From Terriglobia bacterium (GTDB lineage: Bacteria; Acidobacteriota; Terriglobia; Acidiferrales; UBA7541): 64,000 nt of DNA. The translations under genes and the position numbers were made by a program. The notes under the pieces are model-generated. The model did no database searches and was not told the origin of the DNA. It saw nothing but the letters and a program-made list of their open reading frames with translations. Of the stretch, positions 51,473-60,561 are shown piece by piece (within the stretch, counting starts at the first letter, position 1; each line of letters begins with the position of its first letter). Location: assembly GCA_963695545.1 (NCBI GenBank), contig OY968796.1:3712001-3776000 (forward strand). The letters run 5' to 3'.

Positions 51473-53443
51473 CTAGTCGGGCAAAATCCGGGGAGTTACG
51501 AAGAACAGCAGCTCCTGCGAGGAGACGCTCACAGAAGTTTCCTTAAACAGATGCCCGATCAGCGGAATGCTGCCGATTATCGGCACCTGGTTGACGTTGT
51601 TTTCCTGGCTCGACACGATCACGCCGCCGATCACGACGGTTCCGCCGTCGCGAATCAGCACTTTGGTGGTGGCCGATTGCGTATCGAGGGCCGGGATGCC
51701 GGAGATGCGCGGTATGCCGTTATCGATCTGCGTATTCTCGACGTCCACGTCGAGGAACACCGTGCCGTCAGCGGTGATCTGCGGAGTGACTTCGAGCTTC
51801 AGCACGGCGTCCACGTATTGCACGGAGATCGTGTCATTGATGGTAGTCTGAATCGGAATCTCTTCGCCCTGCTTCACCGTCAGCTTCTCGTTGTTCTGCG
51901 TGACGCCTTCGGGTTCGGAGAGCAATTTGCCCACGCCCTTGTTCTCCATCGCCGTAATCACGTAGTCGAGTGCGTAGTTCGCGGCGGTGCGAGCGAAGGC
52001 GATGCCCGAGGTCGGAGCCACGGCCGGGAAATTGGTCAGCAACGGCAGAATATCCGTAGTGCCCGCGGCGGTGATTGGAAGCGTGGCACCGGTATGCGTG
52101 ATGGTGCTTGCTACGCCGCTGCCGCCGCCGATGACGTTTGAGCCGCCTGCACCATAGCCGATGCCGAGGCCAAGCTGACTGCCAATATCTCGCGCGAATG
52201 CACGTGAGGCTTCGACCACGCGGGCTTCGATCTCGACTTGCTGCGATTTGCGGTCCAGTTGGCGGAGAAGATCGTCAATCGTGGGCAACACGGCCGGAAC
52301 GTCTCGGATGATCAAGCTGTTCGAGCGATCGTCGGCCAGGATGTCACCGCGCGGCGAAAGGAAGCGCTTGAGCGTGGTGGCCATGGTGGCGGCCTTGGCG
52401 TAGCTGAGCACGCGCGTGACGGTCACCAACTCCACGGACGCCGCCTGGGCATTGGCCAGGGTGCGCTTGGCTTCGGCCTCTTTGCGCACGGTGTCCTGCG
52501 TCGCGATGCGCAAAACGTTTCCATCAATTTGGCTGGTCAGATCGTTGTTTTGCAGCACGATGTCCAGCGCCTGATCCCACGGCACTTCATCAAGCACCAG
52601 GGTGACCGTGCCGTGAACGGCAGGGTCCACCACGATGTTCAGGCCGCTGATCTCGTGAATCAAACGGAAGAAGTCTTTGAGGTCGACGTCTTTCAGGTTC
52701 ACCGAAATCGGCTCGCCCGTATATTTCTTCTCCGCGGGAGCCATCGGCCCCGCGCCTGTGCCTTGAATCGGAGTCGGATCGCCGGGCTCAAGCTTGGCTT
52801 CGACGACGGCAAACGGCGGAGCGGCTTGCTGCGATGGAGATTGGACTTGCGACGCAGATTGCGTTTGTGCGGCGGCTTGCTGCGGCGCCGGCGCCGGAGG
52901 ATCGTTTGTAGGTGCGGCGAACGAAGAGGCGTCGGTCGTCAGCCAAGTGGGCAGTGACATTTGCGGAACGTTGTTCACCGCGGCCGGAGAAGCGGACGCT
53001 CGATGCGAATCGCTTTCAGCTGTGTCGCTTGAAAACGTGATGGTCAGGCCGGAGGCGTCGGTTTGCACTCGATCGGCCACCACGTGATCAAGATCGATTA
53101 CCAGGCGAACTGCGCCGGCGGTAGATTGCCCCAGGCGTATTCCGCGAACGGGTTCGATCGTGTTCGCGACGGGACGATTTGAGGTCATGAGGCGCGCATT
53201 CGAGAAGTCCAGCACGAGCCGCGGCGGATTCTCGAGCCGCGTCTGCTGATAGACGAGCGGCGCGCCGGCGTCCACGCGCACGGTGATCTCGCGGCCCGAT
53301 TGCGCAATGTGCACGGCGGAGATGGCGGGCGTGTTGGCGTTGCTCGTAGGCAATGTTCCGGCTCCGGCCCACACCGTCGCCACGGCGGCGCTGAAAACGA
53401 ATATCAGGCAGGCGAGCCGGGAACCCGGCCAGTGATTCTTCAT
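51473..53443 (-). CDS. pilQ: type IV pilus secretin with AMIN domain
   Basis: YTGEPIS, VPWDQALD, QVEIEARVVEA, GGTVVIGG, ELLFFVTPRI. Confidence 0.95.
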   Translation of the reverse strand: MKNHWPGSRLACLIFVFSAAVATVWAGAGTLPTSNANTPAISAVHIAQSGREITVRVDAGAPLVYQQTRLENPPRLVLDFSNARLMTSNRPVANTIEPVRGIRLGQSTAGAVRLVIDLDHVVADRVQTDASGLTITFSSDTAESDSHRASASPAAVNNVPQMSLPTWLTTDASSFAAPTNDPPAPAPQQAAAQTQSASQVQSPSQQAAPPFAVVEAKLEPGDPTPIQGTGAGPMAPAEKKYTGEPISVNLKDVDLKDFFRLIHEISGLNIVVDPAVHGTVTLVLDEVPWDQALDIVLQNNDLTSQIDGNVLRIATQDTVRKEAEAKRTLANAQAASVELVTVTRVLSYAKAATMATTLKRFLSPRGDILADDRSNSLIIRDVPAVLPTIDDLLRQLDRKSQQVEIEARVVEASRAFARDIGSQLGLGIGYGAGGSNVIGGGSGVASTITHTGATLPITAAGTTDILPLLTNFPAVAPTSGIAFARTAANYALDYVITAMENKGVGKLLSEPEGVTQNNEKLTVKQGEEIPIQTTINDTISVQYVDAVLKLEVTPQITADGTVFLDVDVENTQIDNGIPRISGIPALDTQSATTKVLIRDGGTVVIGGVIVSSQENNVNQVPIIGSIPLIGHLFKETSVSVSSQELLFFVTPRILPD

Positions 53444-54114
53444 TGCGAGTCTCCTGAACTGCTGGGATTCAGTCGTTTCGTCAATTCGCGGTCGACGGGC
53501 TTGCCGAATGCGTCCGTGCCCGTCTGGTGGAAGGTGACGGCGTCAAGCACGATGTGCGTCACCGCGCCGTCGTACAGCTTGTCTCCATCGCGCAGGAAAT
53601 AAACGCGAGCTTGCGGATTCTCCACGATGGCGATCATTCCGTTGGGACCTTGTACGATTCCATCGATGCGCAGCGTGTCCACCATCAGGCCGGCTTTTCC
53701 AGGCGGCAAATTCTCCGGGTGGTTGGACCCCGAATTCGGCGCCTGGAGCAAAGGTGTGAAAGGATCGCGCCGGCCGGCGGTCTCAGCGCCGCTCGAAGGA
53801 GCCGCAGGCGCGGCCGACGGAGCGGCTGGAGCGGAAGCAGCGTTTGCTGCGGCGTTCGCGGCCTTGTGTCCTCTGTGGGGCTTGGCCGGAGACTGCTGCG
53901 CGGCCGCGCTCGATTGGTTTGCGGGCGCGGAGGGCGTCGCGTCCGTGTCTGCGGACGGCGACGAGGCCATCGCGTGATTCATTTGAGTGCGCATCTGGCC
54001 CGGCATGGCCGGAGACTCCTGCGCGCGGACCGGCAGAATTGCTAGGCCAGCCAAAGCCAGAATGGCGGCGAGCGAACGGCAGAACCGAAATTCGATTGGC
54101 AATCGCATCGTCAA
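53440..54114 (-). CDS. pilP: PilP-like pilus assembly protein
   Basis: RRDPF motif, position between pilO and pilQ. Confidence 0.7.
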   Translation of the reverse strand: MTMRLPIEFRFCRSLAAILALAGLAILPVRAQESPAMPGQMRTQMNHAMASSPSADTDATPSAPANQSSAAAQQSPAKPHRGHKAANAAANAASAPAAPSAAPAAPSSGAETAGRRDPFTPLLQAPNSGSNHPENLPPGKAGLMVDTLRIDGIVQGPNGMIAIVENPQARVYFLRDGDKLYDGAVTHIVLDAVTFHQTGTDAFGKPVDRELTKRLNPSSSGDSQ

Positions 54115-54115
54115 C

Positions 54116-54781
54116 TCAGTCGCCCCTTCCCTGCGAGCGAGCCGGTGGGCTGCCCGGCGCCGGGGTTGTCCCCGCCGCGGTTGTCGCAGCTTGGCTTGGC
54201 TTGCTGAAGAATGTGGTCACGGTGCAGGTGCCGCTGACGCTGGTGCCCGGACGCACGGGATAGCCGGTGCCCTTTGTCGGATCCACGGCCGTGAACGTCA
54301 GGTCACCCACATTGATGATTCGGGAGAGGCGGCTCAAGCGCGCGAAGAAGTCCTCGATCGCGTAGTACGGGCCGTCCACTTGAATGTCAAACGGCATCTC
54401 GAAATGGTAGTCGTGCGGGATGATGGCGTCTGCCGTGAGCCGGCGAATCTGCACGCCGGAAGCCGAGGCCGCGCCTTGTAGCATGCGCATAAATTCGTCA
54501 ACCTGCTTGTCCTCAGGGACGATGGCCTGCAGAGTCTCCAGTTGTTTTTGCAGCGCGTTCATTTCCTGGTTGAACGTGGCGTACTGCCGCTCGTAGACCT
54601 GGAGCTGCTGCACTTCCTGCTTCAACTGCCTGTCCTGATCGGTGAGCTGGGTCACCTGAGTGCGTGCCGTGGCCACCGGAGACATGGGAATGTAAATTCC
54701 GGCGACGATCACGATCACCGCCAGGGCCACGAACACCAGCGCCTGGATGTACCACGGAAATTCGCGGAACGATATCGCCAT
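54116..54781 (-). CDS. pilO: type IV pilus assembly protein PilO
   Basis: TM plus coiled coil, G.Y..I..FF..L..L.RII; operon position. Confidence 0.88.
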   Translation of the reverse strand: MAISFREFPWYIQALVFVALAVIVIVAGIYIPMSPVATARTQVTQLTDQDRQLKQEVQQLQVYERQYATFNQEMNALQKQLETLQAIVPEDKQVDEFMRMLQGAASASGVQIRRLTADAIIPHDYHFEMPFDIQVDGPYYAIEDFFARLSRLSRIINVGDLTFTAVDPTKGTGYPVRPGTSVSGTCTVTTFFSKPSQAATTAAGTTPAPGSPPARSQGRGD

Positions 54782-54789
54782 GGCTCTCC

Positions 54790-55446
54790 CTACTCCTTCA
54801 CCGCGGGATGGCCCGCGGGCGGTGCGGCCATCGGAGCGGGACTCGCGCTAGCGGCGGCTGGAGCCGCAACATTTCTGGCTTCCGGAAGCGCAAACTGCGC
54901 CGTCAGCTCGAAAACGAACGTCTGCACGACCTTCTCGCTCGGATCCTGATGCGATTCCTTGATTTCGATCTGATCGAAATATCCAGAGCGCTTCAGCTCG
55001 GTAATGAAATTGGCCACTGCGTTGATCGATGCGGCTTCGCCGGTAATGGCCAGCGAGTCGCCCTTGCGCCCCACCGACGTCAGCCACAATGTATCGGTGC
55101 GCACCACCGTGTTGGCCAGCGCATCCATCAATTCCTGGCCGCCGGTGCGGTTGCGCTGCAACTGTTCGATCACGTCAATGCGTTGCTGCAGGACGTCTTT
55201 TTCGCGCTGGAAATTCTCTACTTGAGTTTTCAGGTTCTCCAAGCGCGCTTTTTCGCCCTGCTGTTTCTGGATGTCGGCCTGAAGCGTGTGCGTTTCGCCG
55301 TCGAGTTGCGCCCAGTAGTACCAGAGCACTCCTACTGAAATCGCGAGAGCCGCGACCAGCAGGATCACCTGGAGCGTGGATTCGAGCGGCACCGTTTGGC
55401 GCGCCGCTTTGGGCCGGACTCTGCCAAGCAGATTGATGCGAATCAT
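54790..55446 (-). CDS. pilN: type IV pilus assembly protein PilN
   Basis: N-terminal MIRINLL motif, LWLT. Confidence 0.9.
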   Translation of the reverse strand: MIRINLLGRVRPKAARQTVPLESTLQVILLVAALAISVGVLWYYWAQLDGETHTLQADIQKQQGEKARLENLKTQVENFQREKDVLQQRIDVIEQLQRNRTGGQELMDALANTVVRTDTLWLTSVGRKGDSLAITGEAASINAVANFITELKRSGYFDQIEIKESHQDPSEKVVQTFVFELTAQFALPEARNVAAPAAASASPAPMAAPPAGHPAVKE

Positions 55447-56495
55447 GGTTGGTCGAAGCTCCTCAGCGCCAAGCCCACCGCAATTGCCAGGCGTGGCGCC
55501 AACTCGCGAATCTGATCCTCGTTATGCCGCCCCGGGTTGATGACGATCTTGCGGAACGGGTAAAACTCTTCCACCGGCATCGCAAACTCTTCGCGCAGCA
55601 ATTCCACAAGTCCGGGCACGCGCGCCGTGCCGCCGGCCACGCAAATCTTCTGGATGTTTTCGCCGCTGGCCGTGGCGCGGAAGAAATCGAAGGTCTTCTG
55701 GATTTCGAGCAGCAAGATATCCGAGACGGACCGCAGAATCTGCGCCTTGTGCTCGTCGGCCACGCCCGCGATGGCTTCGCCCTTCTTCAGGCGCTCCGCG
55801 TCCTCAAAACTCAGATCGAGTTCCTTCTGCAGCGCGTCGGTGTACTGATTGCCGCCCACCGAAACGTCGCGCGTGAATAGCGGGATGCCGCCGCGGATGA
55901 TGTTGATGTTCATCACGCTCGCCCCGATGTTCAGCAGAGCAATCGTCTGGCTGGGGTCCGGGTCGTAATTGACCTCGTAGCAGTTCTGCAGCGCGAAGGC
56001 GTCGATATCCACCACGGTCGGGTTCTTGCCCGCCTGCGCCAGCACGTTCGTGTGGTTCAGAATCTTATCTTTCTTCACAGCCACAAGCAGCACGTCCATC
56101 TGCGAATCCACGGATTCCAGAAGCTGGTAATCGAGATTCACGTCGGCGATATCGAACGGGATGTGCTGGCTAGCCTCGCTCTGAATGCGATCGAAGAGCT
56201 CTTCCTGCGTCATTTGCGGCAGCGTGACCCGCTTCACGATTACGGAATGCCCGGAGACTGAGGTGGCCACGTTTTTCGTTTTGGTCTTCTGCGCGTCGAA
56301 AACGCCGCTGATCGCGCCGGCCACAAGCGGCGCGTCCATAATGGCGCCGTCTACCACAGTGTCTTGTGCCAACGGCTCCAGGCCGAAGCTCACAAGTTCA
56401 TAGCCCTGCTTGGACTCTTTCAGCTCAACCGATTTGACCGAGCTCGACCCGATGTCGAGGCCAACCACGGCAACCTGCTTGGGCTTTCCAAACAT
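55443..56495 (-). CDS. pilM: type IV pilus assembly protein PilM
   Basis: GLDIGSSSVK, HIPF, NIGA, GG.A, AVGLALR. Confidence 0.95.
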   Translation of the reverse strand: MFGKPKQVAVVGLDIGSSSVKSVELKESKQGYELVSFGLEPLAQDTVVDGAIMDAPLVAGAISGVFDAQKTKTKNVATSVSGHSVIVKRVTLPQMTQEELFDRIQSEASQHIPFDIADVNLDYQLLESVDSQMDVLLVAVKKDKILNHTNVLAQAGKNPTVVDIDAFALQNCYEVNYDPDPSQTIALLNIGASVMNINIIRGGIPLFTRDVSVGGNQYTDALQKELDLSFEDAERLKKGEAIAGVADEHKAQILRSVSDILLLEIQKTFDFFRATASGENIQKICVAGGTARVPGLVELLREEFAMPVEEFYPFRKIVINPGRHNEDQIRELAPRLAIAVGLALRSFDQP

Positions 56496-56858
56496 TCTGT
56501 GACCCTTTCGGCTTTCCCGTGCGCGCTGCTTCGGACTGATTTTGCTGCGCCGCTCGCCCGGTGCTCTCGATTCGCCCTCAAAACGCTCGTACCAGTTCCA
56601 AACGAGGGTCCTAGTACCTGTCGGCGAGTTTGTGGTCCCTTATCGGAAGTGTCAAGCAAGGTAAAACTTGGTGTTGTCTTAAGAATACGTGGGCTGAACG
56701 ACTGTCCAGCGGTGGCCGCCGGGACAGGCATGCTTCCCTCAACTGCGTGAAAACACAGTGCTGAGGCCCTGAAACGCCACTTTCGTGCGGCGGAAACCGC
56801 GAGGCGCATGGGGAACGCCGGGGACTGTACCGCCGGGGGTGCTGCGAAGGAAACTGCC

Positions 56859-58313
56859 TCAGCGAGATAGCCCCAACTTGTTCCAAATTGAGTCCACGCG
56901 CGCGCGGGTTTTGTCGTCCATTTTGATTTCGTCGGGCCAGGGGCGCAAAAAACCTTCGCTGGCCCACTTGCGCGTGGCGTCGATTCCCATTTTCGAGCCG
57001 AAATCCTGAATGCGCGCGGCGTGATCGAGAGTGTCGGATGGACCGAGAACGAATTGAACGTCGCGCTCGGGATCGATCGCGCACAGCGCCTTCCACACCA
57101 CTTCGCGAAAATCCTGAACGTTCACGTCATGATCCACCACCACGATCACCTTGGTGAACATCGCCTGACCGAGCGACCAAATCGCATTCATAATTTTTCG
57201 CGCGTGGCCGGGATAGGACTTGCGAATCGAAACGATCATCAAGTTGTGAAAAATGCCCTCGGCCGGCATGGCCACGTCGACGATCTCGGGATACTGCAAT
57301 TTCATCACCGGCAAGAACACGCGCTCCACAACGTGGCCCATGAAAAAATCCTCTTGCGGCGGCGGGCCAACGACCGTGGTCATATATATAGGATCGCGGC
57401 GGTGCGTGACGCAGGTCACGTGAAACACCGGGAATTCACCTTCGAGCGAATAGAAGCCGGTGTGATCGCCGAACGGCCCTTCCGTGCGCAGCTCGCCCAA
57501 CTCGACGTAGCCTTCGAGCACGATCTCCGCGTTGGCCGGTACTTCAAGCGAGCACGTTTCGCACGGCACCATCTCCACCGGCTCGCGCCGCAAAAATCCG
57601 GCGAACATCATTTCATCGAGATCCGGCGGAACCGGCAAAATACCCGCGAGGCATGTGGCAGGATCGGAGCCGATCGCGACAGCCACTTCGATGCGTCCCA
57701 GCGGATCGGCCGCGCGCGCGCGCCGGAAATGTTCCGCGCCGTGCTTCTGCGTTTGCCAGTGCATTCCTGTGGTGCGATCGTCGAAGACTTGCATGCGGTA
57801 GACGCCGACGTTACGCTTGCCCGTTTCCGGATTCTTGGTGATCACCAGCGGCCAGGTGATGAAGCGCCCCGCGTCCTGCGGCCAGCATTGCAGGATCGGA
57901 AATTCCGAAAGCGAAAACCCGTCGCGACGAATCACTTCTTTGCACGGACCGGAGCGCACCGTCTTCGGGAAAAACGATCCGAGCTCCGCGAGCTTCGGCA
58001 GCATCTTGATTTTCTCGAACAATCCTTGCGGCGATTGAAAGTCGATGAACGAGCGAATGCGATCGGCGACTTCTTCCACGCGGTCGACTTCGAGCGCCAT
58101 GTTCATGCGCCGCTCGCTCGCAAGCAAATTGATCGCGAGGGGAACACGCGAGCCTTTCGGATGCTCGAATAGCAGCGCGGGGCCGCCGGCGCGCAAAACG
58201 CGCTGCGCGACTTCGGTGATTTCCAGCACCGGATCCACTTCCGCGGAAACTCGGCGCAGCTCGCCTTCCTTTTCGAGGCGGGCGATAAATTCCCGCAAAT
58301 CGCGATACGCCAA
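56859..58313 (-). CDS. UbiD family decarboxylase (menaquinone-biosynthesis type)
   Basis: DLREF, RNVGVYR, EGPFGDHTGFY, VGPPPQED, GSKMGIDAT. Confidence 0.93.
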   Translation of the reverse strand: MAYRDLREFIARLEKEGELRRVSAEVDPVLEITEVAQRVLRAGGPALLFEHPKGSRVPLAINLLASERRMNMALEVDRVEEVADRIRSFIDFQSPQGLFEKIKMLPKLAELGSFFPKTVRSGPCKEVIRRDGFSLSEFPILQCWPQDAGRFITWPLVITKNPETGKRNVGVYRMQVFDDRTTGMHWQTQKHGAEHFRRARAADPLGRIEVAVAIGSDPATCLAGILPVPPDLDEMMFAGFLRREPVEMVPCETCSLEVPANAEIVLEGYVELGELRTEGPFGDHTGFYSLEGEFPVFHVTCVTHRRDPIYMTTVVGPPPQEDFFMGHVVERVFLPVMKLQYPEIVDVAMPAEGIFHNLMIVSIRKSYPGHARKIMNAIWSLGQAMFTKVIVVVDHDVNVQDFREVVWKALCAIDPERDVQFVLGPSDTLDHAARIQDFGSKMGIDATRKWASEGFLRPWPDEIKMDDKTRARVDSIWNKLGLSR

Positions 58314-58439
58314 AGTATTTCTCCTCGCTGGACTCGTCCGCGTCCTTTAGCTGCTTCGTGTCGCAGGAAACGGAAGCGCTCACTCTAACACGAACCACTC
58401 GTGCCCCGAGGTTCCGGCCGCCGGGGCTTCGCCGGTGAC

Positions 58440-58871
58440 TCAGGCTGGTGGCGGATCGTTCTCGCGGTCGGGACCCGGGATATCCCAGATGATTGGTAAG
58501 TCCTCTTTCTCGCCAAATTTTGGATCGCGTTCGCGCTCGATGGCGCGGAGGGTATGGAGGAGAAGATTGCAGCCGTAGATCAAGACGGCGCCGCGGCGCG
58601 GGGAGATGCGGTCCTGTGCCAGCAGGTGGACAAGTTTGGAGAGAAATTGGTTGACGTCGGAAGCGGAAGTGAATTCCTCGACGCCGGGCATGAGCTGGCG
58701 AGCGAGATCGAGCGGGGTTTCGTCGCCAGGTGGGGGGAGATGGGCGTGGCGTTTGCAGAAGAAGGATGAGTTCTTGGAGATGGGAAGGCGGCATCGGCGA
58801 CCTGTGGGGAAACGGCGCATGCAGCGAGTCAACTCATTGGCAGAGCGGGACTTCGGATTATTCTTGGTCAT
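58440..58871 (-). CDS. hypothetical C-x9-C-x11-C-x2-H (putative Zn-finger) protein, paralog 2
   Basis: shares RC.RRFP.G.RCRLPI, EFTSASDVNQFLS, QDRISPRRGAVL, CNLLLHTLRAI with 33302..33814. Confidence 0.85.
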   Translation of the reverse strand: MTKNNPKSRSANELTRCMRRFPTGRRCRLPISKNSSFFCKRHAHLPPPGDETPLDLARQLMPGVEEFTSASDVNQFLSKLVHLLAQDRISPRRGAVLIYGCNLLLHTLRAIERERDPKFGEKEDLPIIWDIPGPDRENDPPPA

Positions 58872-59061
58872 GGGCGTCTCCAGTCGAGCTGAGATAGGGG
58901 GTACACCCCCGGGTATGTTTTGCGTAAGAGATTCATAAGGCGGGACTTGCAGAAAAAGAGTGACAAAGAGTGCGTAACGGATTGAAAACAGTCGATTTGC
59001 AACTGTTTATTTTCAACGAGATGCGCACTCTTTTGCAATGCATTGAACATGAATAATTTAG
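58872..59061 (-). repeat. conserved non-coding leader with degenerate units and long imperfect inverted repeat
   Basis: units at 58924-58950, 58974-59000, 59035-59061 plus an inverted unit at 58999-59024; GGGGG/CCCCC hairpin at 58897-58910. Confidence 0.75.
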
Positions 59062-59428
59062 AGCGACGGATTTGTACGAGTGAGCGCGTTTCGGTTGAAT
59101 TGTATCGATGATATTTGGTAGGCGAGATGAGGCAGGACGAAGAGGGGTCCTTCGGCTCGTCCGCCTCTGCGGACTCGCTCAGGACTCGCATCCTTGGCCG
59201 GATGCTCGGCTTAGAGCGACGGATTTGTACGAGTGAGCGCGATTCGATTGAAATGTATCGATGATATTTGGTAGGCGAGATGAGGCAGGACGAGGAGGGG
59301 TCCTTCGGCTCGTCCGCCTCTGCGGACTCGCTCAGGACTCGCATCCTTGGCCGGATGCGCGGCTTAGAGCGACAGATTTGTACAAGCAAGCGCGATTCGA
59401 TCGAATTGTATCGATGATATTTGGTAGG
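59058..59428. repeat. 153-bp tandem repeat (two full copies plus a ~65-bp partial) containing REP-like hairpins
   Basis: near-identical copies start at 59058, 59211 and 59364. Confidence 0.95.
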
Positions 59429-59541
59429 GCGGGCACGACGGGCGGAGGCGATGTTGCCACGGCGAGCAGGCTCCGCCGCTAGATACCGAAAATTCTTCGC
59501 GACAACGAGAGGCGGGCGTATACGCTTCCAGTTCATGCGGA

Positions 59542-59571
59542 AGCATAGCACCATTGTTAACTATATGTCAA
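59542..59571 (-). promoter_or_regulatory. promoter of repeat-leader/Zn-finger cassette copy 2
   Basis: TTGACA-N18-TATGCT with extended TG, ATG 5 nt downstream. Confidence 0.75.
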
Positions 59572-59691
59572 TAATAACGCGTGGGGTATTCTGTTCGAAT
59601 GGCTGTGGAAATTATTTCGAACAGTGGAAAACGGCGGGCCGAGGGTGACAAGCAGGCCGCGCGGGGCTGCGCATTGCGCAGGCACAAGGGC

Positions 59692-59720
59692 TTGACTTGT
59701 GTAACCTGAGTAGTTACACT
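59692..59720 (+). promoter_or_regulatory. higBA promoter with overlapping palindromic operator
   Basis: TTGACT-N17-TACACT; inverted repeat GTGTAAC-N7-GTTACAC (59699-59719). Confidence 0.8.
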
Positions 59721-59728
59721 ACACGAAG

Positions 59729-60007
59729 ATGATCCTGCGCTTTCGTCATAAGGGGCTGGAACGGCTCTTTGCCTCGGGCGACACGCGAGGGGTGAACCCT
59801 CAACACGCGAAGCGTTTGCGTCGTCTGCTGGCGTCGCTTTCGACTGCGACGATCCCGCTGAACATGAACATTGCCGGCTATCAGCTGCATCCGCTCGCGG
59901 GCGAGCGCAAGGGCGAGTGGGCCGTCTCGGTGTCGGGCAATTGGCGGCTGGTGTTTCGCTTCGACGGTGAAAACGCGACCGATGTTGATTTGGTGGACTA
60001 CCACTAG
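59729..60007 (+). CDS. higB: HigB toxin (RelE/ParE family)
   Basis: F.HKGL, LHPLAG.R.G.W.VSVSGNWRL.F.F, VDYH end. Confidence 0.93.
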   Translation: MILRFRHKGLERLFASGDTRGVNPQHAKRLRRLLASLSTATIPLNMNIAGYQLHPLAGERKGEWAVSVSGNWRLVFRFDGENATDVDLVDYH

Positions 60008-60025
60008 CAAGAGGAGAAAAGGCAC

Positions 60026-60322
60026 ATGGATATGTACAATCCCCCGCACCCCGGTGAGATCGTTCGGGAGGACTGCCTGAAGGCGCTCGATCTGACCGTG
60101 ACCGAGGCGGCGAAGGGCTTAGGCGTCACGCGCAAGACGCTCTCGTCGATTCTCAACGGGCGCTCCGGCGTCACGGCCGAAATGGCGCTGCGGCTGTCGA
60201 AGGCGTTCGGGAGCACGCCGGAGCACTGGTTGCAGATGCAGCTCGCCTACGATCTGTGGCAAGCGAAGCGGCGCGCCAAGAAGCTGCGCGTCAAGCAGTT
60301 CGTCGCCACGGCGCCGGGGTAG
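60026..60322 (+). CDS. higA: HigA antitoxin (HTH)
   Basis: PPHPGEI, AAKGLGVTR.TLS, MALRL, WL.MQ..YDLW. Confidence 0.95.
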   Translation: MDMYNPPHPGEIVREDCLKALDLTVTEAAKGLGVTRKTLSSILNGRSGVTAEMALRLSKAFGSTPEHWLQMQLAYDLWQAKRRAKKLRVKQFVATAPG

Positions 60323-60561
60323 CGGGCGGCCTTACGGTTGCCAGGCGCGACGGAGCGATGACAGCAAGGCCGCGCTGACGCCGGGGATGGCGCTGCGCAT
60401 TGGGGCGGTCACACAGACGACAGTGAAAGAGTTGGACGTGCACGGTATAGCCATGCATAGCGGAATCACGAAGGGACGAGTTTTCATCGTCTAGAGGACG
60501 GCCGAGGAGAGGATCGGGTGTAGCCACAATTTAAGTCTCTGCTCTACGCTCACGGTACCGC

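Noticed and set aside
56496..56660. c-di-GMP riboswitch upstream of pilM
   Set aside because: GCAAAA and GAAA words are present but I could not build the required two-stem structure; only a weak TTGACA-N17-CAAACT promoter is visible. An Infernal/Rfam scan would decide
59058..59428. CRISPR array
   Set aside because: The sequences between repeated segments are themselves near-identical, the period is 153 bp, and there are no cas genes
60291..60527. 78-aa minus-strand ORF with CxxC
   Set aside because: Overlaps the end of higA, with no convincing RBS or family motif
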